The notes below the pieces were generated by a model. The model searched no databases. It was not told where the DNA came from and was given only the letters and a program-made list of their open reading frames with translations. A stretch of DNA of 64,000 nt from Minisyncoccota bacterium (GTDB lineage: Bacteria; Patescibacteriota; Minisyncoccia; JAHIHE01; JAGLIN01), in the NCBI GenBank assembly GCA_023142595.1, contig JAGLJF010000003.1, positions 3,873 through 67,872 on the forward strand, written 5' to 3'. The position numbers and the translations under genes are program-made. Shown here piece by piece: positions 58,830 through 64,000 of the stretch (position 1 is the stretch's first letter; every line of letters begins with the position of its first letter).

Positions 58830-58876
58830 TTTTTAATAACCTAATTCGATTTAAACCGCTAACAAACACAAATGAT

Positions 58877-59096
58877 TGTCATCCTGAGTGAAACGAAGGA
58901 TCCCGTTATTAGTTTCATGAGGTGTTTTATAACGACTTGATGTACATAATCTCGGGATTCTTTACTACTATTCAGAATAACTGGATACACTATCATTCTG
59001 GGCTTGTCGAAGGATTCCACTGTTAGTTTTGTATAATATTTTATGACGATTTGATGTGCATAGTCGCGAGATTCTTCACTACCGTTCAGAATGACA
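58877..59096. repeat. Two tandem type B elements between hypC and hypD
   Basis: 58877-58981 and 58991-59096, with homologous interiors. Confidence 0.85.
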
Positions 59097-59099
59097 ATA

Positions 59100-59309
59100 T
59101 TATTTCCCCTCCAACAAATCAGAAATTTCCTTTGCATCTTTGCTTGTTAATTTTTGAATTGCGAAACCAGCATGCACAATCGCATAATCCCCTTTTTTCA
59201 CATCAACTAAAGAAACATTCACCTCTCGTTCAATCCCGTCAAAATCAACCAACGCAACGTTGGTTTTTTTATCAACCGATTTTATTCTCCCCGGAATTGC
59301 TAAACACAT
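59100..59309 (-). CDS. hypC: Hydrogenase chaperone HypC
   Basis: MCLAIPG...GDYAIVHAGFAI. Confidence 0.95.
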   Translation of the reverse strand: MCLAIPGRIKSVDKKTNVALVDFDGIEREVNVSLVDVKKGDYAIVHAGFAIQKLTSKDAKEISDLLEGK

Positions 59310-59336
59310 TATTATAAGTTTAAAATTTAATAATCA

Positions 59337-60371
59337 TTATTTATTTTTAATATATTTCCCTTTTGTCTCAGGAAATAAAATATTAATAATTTCCTTGGCC
59401 ACATTTCTTGATTTTCCAATTGCGGGAAAATGATGCATACGCAAACCAGGCGACGGGTTTAATTCAATTATTACGTAACTATTTTTTGTCGGTTTTTCTG
59501 AAATATCTTTATTAATCATTATATCAATTCCTCCATAAGCAAGTCCTGGTATTGCTTGAATTGTCTTCACGGCAATCATTTTTAGTTCAGGATGAACTTG
59601 ATCTGTAACGTCAATACTATCTCCACCTGTCGAAAGATTTGAATTTTTTCTAAGATAAATTTTTTTGTCAAAGGGTAGAATACTTTCCATTTCCTTTTTT
59701 TGCTCCTTGAGATATTGTTTTATTCTGTTATCTATTTTAATTTTTGTTAAAGGACACATATGCCCTTCACCTCTTCTTGGGTCTTGATTTTTGATTTTTA
59801 TCAATTCTCTAATCGAATGTATCCCATTTCCAACAACATTAGCAGGATCTCTTTGTGCTACTGCGAATACTTTGTTTCGCCCAGCAATAAATCTAAACTC
59901 TTTTCCACTAAATTCCTTTTCCACTAAAACATAATTATTTTTTTTCAAAATACAATTAATCGCCTTTTCGCAATTGTTTTTGTTGTTTATTCCAATAAAA
60001 ACTAAATCCCCATGAACACCATCAAAAGGTTTTATTACTATTGGATATTTAATTTTATCTATAAATTTATATACGTCTTCAATGTTTTTTTTGTTAAAAA
60101 GTTTTCCTTTGACGACACTTATTTTTACTCGTGTTAATAATTTTTTTGTCAGAGATTTGTTTTCCACTGCATAAGTCGCGCAAACTGTTGATTTCGAAAT
60201 ATTTGACCCCAAAATATATTCATAATGATTTTTATAAATTAATTCCAGAAAAGCCATCTCCTTTTGATAATTGTTAATATGATTTATTTTTATACCCCTG
60301 CTTATCGCTTCTTCAGCAAGAATCTTACTACTAATCATATTTATGGTTTTTGGTATTTTGGTATTTTTCAT
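59337..60371 (-). CDS. ATP-grasp ligase (cyanophycin synthetase/GshAB-type domain), paralog 1
   Basis: KPFDGVHG, RDPANVVGNG, NSNLSTGG.S.DVT, IELNPSPGL.MH. Confidence 0.85.
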   Translation of the reverse strand: MKNTKIPKTINMISSKILAEEAISRGIKINHINNYQKEMAFLELIYKNHYEYILGSNISKSTVCATYAVENKSLTKKLLTRVKISVVKGKLFNKKNIEDVYKFIDKIKYPIVIKPFDGVHGDLVFIGINNKNNCEKAINCILKKNNYVLVEKEFSGKEFRFIAGRNKVFAVAQRDPANVVGNGIHSIRELIKIKNQDPRRGEGHMCPLTKIKIDNRIKQYLKEQKKEMESILPFDKKIYLRKNSNLSTGGDSIDVTDQVHPELKMIAVKTIQAIPGLAYGGIDIMINKDISEKPTKNSYVIIELNPSPGLRMHHFPAIGKSRNVAKEIINILFPETKGKYIKNK

Positions 60372-60391
60372 AAAATTAAAATTACTTTATA

Positions 60392-61411
60392 TTATTTTGT
60401 TTCAGGAAATAATAAGTCAAATATTCCCTTTGCCACATCCCTAGGTTTTCCTTTGTATGGAAAATGTTGCATATCAAACCCAGGAGAACAATTCAATTCA
60501 ATAATTATATAACTCTTTTTTGTCGGTTTTTTTGAGATATCTTGACTAGAAAGCAGATCCACTCCTGCATATCCAAGTCCTGGAATGGCTCGTACTGACT
60601 TAATCACAATCTTTTTTAATTCTGGATGAACTTCGTCGGTGACATCAACGCTGTCACCACCAGTTGAAATGTTTGATTCTTTTTTAAGATAGATCTTTTC
60701 TTCTTTGGAAGGAGTATAATTTAAATCTATTTTTTGCTCATCTAAATTCTGCTTTACAAATTTATCTATTTTTATTTTTTGGTGAGGCTTTTCATAGTTT
60801 TCTCCTCTGTTTGAGTCGCAGTTCTTTATTTTTATCAATTCTCTAATCGTATGAATCCCATCTCCAACAACATTGGCAGGATCTCTATTTGCCACAGCAA
60901 AAATTTTATTACGACTTGCTAAAAACCTATGTTCTTTTCCATTAAACTCCTTTTCTATTAAAGCATACTTATGTTTCTTGAACACGATTCCAATCGCCTC
61001 CTTACATTTTTTTTCAGAATCAAGACCCATAAAAACCGACTCTCCATGACACCCATCAAATGGTTTTATCACAACGGGGTAACCTATTTTTTTTGCAAAT
61101 TCTAATGATTTTTCTAAATCTCCTTTACAAAATATAGAACCTTTTGCAACGCTTATGTTAGACCTTAGAAGAAGACTTCTTGTTATAGCCTTATTCTCCG
61201 TTGCATAAAATGCAGGGAATGATGTTTTTGAACTATTTTGTCCTTTAATATATTCAAAATGATTTTTGTATGAAAGCTCAAGAAAAGACATTTCTCTTTG
61301 ATTATTATTAATATGACTAACTTTTATCCCTCTTCTGATTGCTTCTTCAACAAGAAGAATCGTACTAAATGATTGAATGTTCTTTGTTATTTTTGTACTA
61401 TAATTTTTCAT
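60392..61411 (-). CDS. ATP-grasp ligase (cyanophycin synthetase/GshAB-type domain), paralog 2
   Basis: KPFDGCHG, RDPANVVGDG, SNISTGG.S.DVT, IELNCSPG..M. Confidence 0.85.
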   Translation of the reverse strand: MKNYSTKITKNIQSFSTILLVEEAIRRGIKVSHINNNQREMSFLELSYKNHFEYIKGQNSSKTSFPAFYATENKAITRSLLLRSNISVAKGSIFCKGDLEKSLEFAKKIGYPVVIKPFDGCHGESVFMGLDSEKKCKEAIGIVFKKHKYALIEKEFNGKEHRFLASRNKIFAVANRDPANVVGDGIHTIRELIKIKNCDSNRGENYEKPHQKIKIDKFVKQNLDEQKIDLNYTPSKEEKIYLKKESNISTGGDSVDVTDEVHPELKKIVIKSVRAIPGLGYAGVDLLSSQDISKKPTKKSYIIIELNCSPGFDMQHFPYKGKPRDVAKGIFDLLFPETK

Positions 61412-61414
61412 AAT

Positions 61415-62338
61415 TTAGTCAATATCTTTTAAAAACTTTATAATTTCTTTGTAATATATTTTTAAATATTTTTTATTTTCCAAATGAAGGCTTGGTGGCG
61501 AATTAATCTCTAAAACATAAGGATTCTGCTTTTTATCAAAAATAAAATCTATGCTATAGAATGTATTATTAAATATTTTTAATTTTTTCAAAATAGATTC
61601 TAATTTTATTTGCAATTTTGTTGGCATTAAATTAAGATCAACCATTGTTCTTTTTCCTCCTAAGGATACATTTGCCACCAAAAATCCCTTAATAGGCTCT
61701 CTCACATAAGATATTATCGGTTTATGATTTATAAATATTATTCTTAAATCATGAGTGCTTTTTGCTATTTTACCAAGACCTGAACTACTATCTATAAAAT
61801 CCTGAATAATAACAGGGTAATTGCCTACTTCCTTTACAATATTTTTTATTTCTTTTTTATCTAATATTCTTATATTCTTTCCGCCGAACCCTCTATCTGG
61901 CTTTAAAACTATTTTTGACTTAAATAATTTTGTCTTATTTATTAAATCTCTTTTATTATACGCAATGAAAGTTTTCGACATATAATCATTCAATATAGAA
62001 TAAGTCAAATACTTGCTTCCAAATATAAAATCAAAGTATGAATCATTTACTATTCTAATGTTTTTTGCTATTTCCTCTTTTTTTATTTTTATATATTTAT
62101 TTCTGCTATCACAAAAATCAAAAACTATATCTGGATATATTTCTTTTTCTTCTATCCATTTTTCATTTTTATAAGTAAAAGCCTTTTTAAAAAGTTTTCC
62201 ATAATTATATTTAATATGTGCTCGATAAAACTTTATACCTTTCTGAGCTCCCATTTCATATAATAATTCATAATTTTTTCTCTTATTTTCATCTTTTATT
62301 ATATCGCTATCACTGTATAAAATTAATACTTTTTTCAT
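61415..62338 (-). CDS. RimK/YheCD-like ATP-grasp protein
   Basis: LKPDRGFGG, IIQDFIDS, HDLRI, ANVSLGG, SIDF, LEINSPP. Confidence 0.8.
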   Translation of the reverse strand: MKKVLILYSDSDIIKDENKRKNYELLYEMGAQKGIKFYRAHIKYNYGKLFKKAFTYKNEKWIEEKEIYPDIVFDFCDSRNKYIKIKKEEIAKNIRIVNDSYFDFIFGSKYLTYSILNDYMSKTFIAYNKRDLINKTKLFKSKIVLKPDRGFGGKNIRILDKKEIKNIVKEVGNYPVIIQDFIDSSSGLGKIAKSTHDLRIIFINHKPIISYVREPIKGFLVANVSLGGKRTMVDLNLMPTKLQIKLESILKKLKIFNNTFYSIDFIFDKKQNPYVLEINSPPSLHLENKKYLKIYYKEIIKFLKDID

Positions 62339-62366
62339 AATTATGTAATTAATAAAAAAATTTCTT

Positions 62367-63800
62367 TTAGGCTTTAATATATTTATTTTTTTGTTCCTTC
62401 CAAATTTGTATCGCTACATTTTTTATCTCATTTATTTCTTTCTTATATGCATTACAATTATTATATATTCCCAATCTAAGCAAATTAGGCATTAATTCTG
62501 GATCAACCTTTGACATATAAATATATCTATCAACACCAGCTTCTTTCATTTTTTTTGCCTCAATTTCACCCTTAAAATAACTTAGGTCTTTTGAAAAATA
62601 TATTCCTATTTCCCCATTATTATTTGGATCAAAACCTCTAAATATTCTTCTACAAGTTGACTCCGTTCTAAAAATAGCCCTTTTTTTACTAGTTTTAACA
62701 CTATTGCCTAGTGCTCTTTCTTCTTTATGTTTTAAATCAAAAATATAATCGTAAATTTCAGAAAAATTATAACCTTTTTTTGCCTTATTCATTGCCAGAA
62801 CAAAATATGGTAATGCCTTTATTTTAAAGTCTGTTACACCTAATATTTTTCCTCTGAGTTCTGTTTCATTTAGCAAGGCGATGCCTTCATGAACTGATTC
62901 CCAATTTTTACCAATAGACAGTCCCTTCAAACCTAATTTATCATTATAATAGTTTGACATTGCGTGAGCTCCAATTTCATGAGCTATAAGCTCAAGCATT
63001 TTAAGCAAGGATACTTTTCTTCCTTTTGGAACAAGAATGACGGGATATTTATATCTAGAGTCATTATATCGTACGTCTATAGCTCTAACCTCTTTAGTAA
63101 GAATAACCTTAAAATTACTACTTTTAAATCTAGCTTTTTCTAGAGCAATCTCAAAATATTCCTTTATTTCTTTATCATTGAGATAGGTTTTTTCTAAAAA
63201 TTCAATCCCTTCGTTCTTCTTTTTTAAATTTTTTTGATAATTCTTAAAAAATTCTATTTTTTCTGCATAACATTTTTCAGCGATTTTTACCAATTCTTCA
63301 TCAATATCTCCATAAGCGATTTTCATATAATCAAACGCTTTTTCTAAATTATTGTTTTTTAATTCTACAAGAATATTTATTTTTGCTATATAATTCTCGA
63401 TAACTTTGCAAACAACAATTTTAATATCTTTATTTTTTTCCTTGATAACTATTTTTTTTATATCTTCTAATTTTTTTATATCTTCTTCTAGCCTTTTTTT
63501 ACTTATTTTTTTCAATTTTGGATATGTAAAAGTAGGACAATATTTATTTTTTATATTTTTATTTTCATTTTTTCGTTTTTCAAGAAATAAATCAAATTCT
63601 TCTTTAAATGTTCTACCATCAGCTCCACTAGGTTCAAAATAATCATAAACCATTTCATAATTACCCCCAATTCTATCAATTTCAGTTAAGTGCTTAATTA
63701 ATTTCTTTTTTTGATACAAATTGATTTTTTTTGATTTTGATTTTTCTTCCGCCTTCTTAATCTCTAAAATAATCTTTTTAATTTTTTTATCGGTTTTCAT
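62367..63800 (-). CDS. DUF1704 (MATCAP-like) zinc carboxypeptidase-like protein
   Basis: HEIGAH (HExxxH), HEGIA, RIFRG, SKDLSYFKG. Confidence 0.8.
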   Translation of the reverse strand: MKTDKKIKKIILEIKKAEEKSKSKKINLYQKKKLIKHLTEIDRIGGNYEMVYDYFEPSGADGRTFKEEFDLFLEKRKNENKNIKNKYCPTFTYPKLKKISKKRLEEDIKKLEDIKKIVIKEKNKDIKIVVCKVIENYIAKINILVELKNNNLEKAFDYMKIAYGDIDEELVKIAEKCYAEKIEFFKNYQKNLKKKNEGIEFLEKTYLNDKEIKEYFEIALEKARFKSSNFKVILTKEVRAIDVRYNDSRYKYPVILVPKGRKVSLLKMLELIAHEIGAHAMSNYYNDKLGLKGLSIGKNWESVHEGIALLNETELRGKILGVTDFKIKALPYFVLAMNKAKKGYNFSEIYDYIFDLKHKEERALGNSVKTSKKRAIFRTESTCRRIFRGFDPNNNGEIGIYFSKDLSYFKGEIEAKKMKEAGVDRYIYMSKVDPELMPNLLRLGIYNNCNAYKKEINEIKNVAIQIWKEQKNKYIKA

Positions 63801-63848
63801 GGTCCTGAATTAATTTGAAACTGCTCTTTTTATTTTTTAAATAATAAC

Positions 63849-64000
63849 TTATGCTCCAAAAACCGTCTTCGCCTTCTTGCTTGGATCAACTAAAAATTTT
63901 CCCAAACTTCTTCTACCAATAATCACTGGGAATTCAAGATTGCTTCTGTCCGTAATAGACATTTTTGAAACAACTTCCACTCCAGACAAGACAATATTCA
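63849..64000 (-). CDS. C-terminal end of a RimK-associated aspartyl-protease-like domain; runs off the window edge
   Basis: Manual translation NIVLSGVEVVSKMSITDRSNLEFPVIIGRRSLGKFLVDPSKKAKTVFGA*. Confidence 0.7.
   Translation of the reverse strand, partial: NIVLSGVEVVSKMSITDRSNLEFPVIIGRRSLGKFLVDPSKKAKTVFGA

Noticed and set aside
58859-59137. 92-aa ORF (ILNGSEES..., FVSLRMT) and similar short ORFs such as 48252-48470 and 10172-10357
   Set aside because: These are translations of the palindromic repeats, not genes.
59337-61411. Complete cyanophycin synthetase (CphA)
   Set aside because: Both proteins have only the ATP-grasp part; there is no Mur-ligase domain and no cyanophycinase in view.
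3232-63642. Numerous short antisense or overlapping ORFs in the supplied track
   Set aside because: They are shadow frames of well-supported genes, with no motifs or ribosome-binding sites.

Overview
AT-rich bacterial chromosome segment (standard code), very probably Patescibacteria/CPR (Parcubacteria-like), judged from the CPR-type VirB4/PrgI/VirB6/pilin cluster, the DUF4446-infB-rbfA-nrnA order and the AT-rich leaders lacking Shine-Dalgarno sites. Housekeeping content includes tsaD, clpB, udg, nfo, nrnA, rbfA, infB, pcrA, rsmA, rluD, rplS and six tRNAs. Metabolic content includes dispersed hydrogenase maturation genes (truncated hypF, hypE, hypD, hypC), an isopentenyl-phosphate kinase, a PFOR beta subunit, glycerate kinase next to a glycosyl-glycerate synthase, and an ATP-grasp/DUF1704/aspartyl-protease cluster. 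The most striking feature is a dense set of palindromic repeat families. Two RAYT-type HUH transposases each sit among their own cognate repeats. A large TGTCAT...ATGACA-terminated double-hairpin family (about 20 full or partial copies) includes one copy that carries a stand-alone GIY-YIG nuclease gene inside a tandem array. These repeats nest, stutter, collapse and insert in frame into femX, tsaD, hypF, hypD and a RAYT. A candidate pseudoknotted leader RNA lies at about 45300-45440. All calls are from motif recognition by eye; no searches were run.
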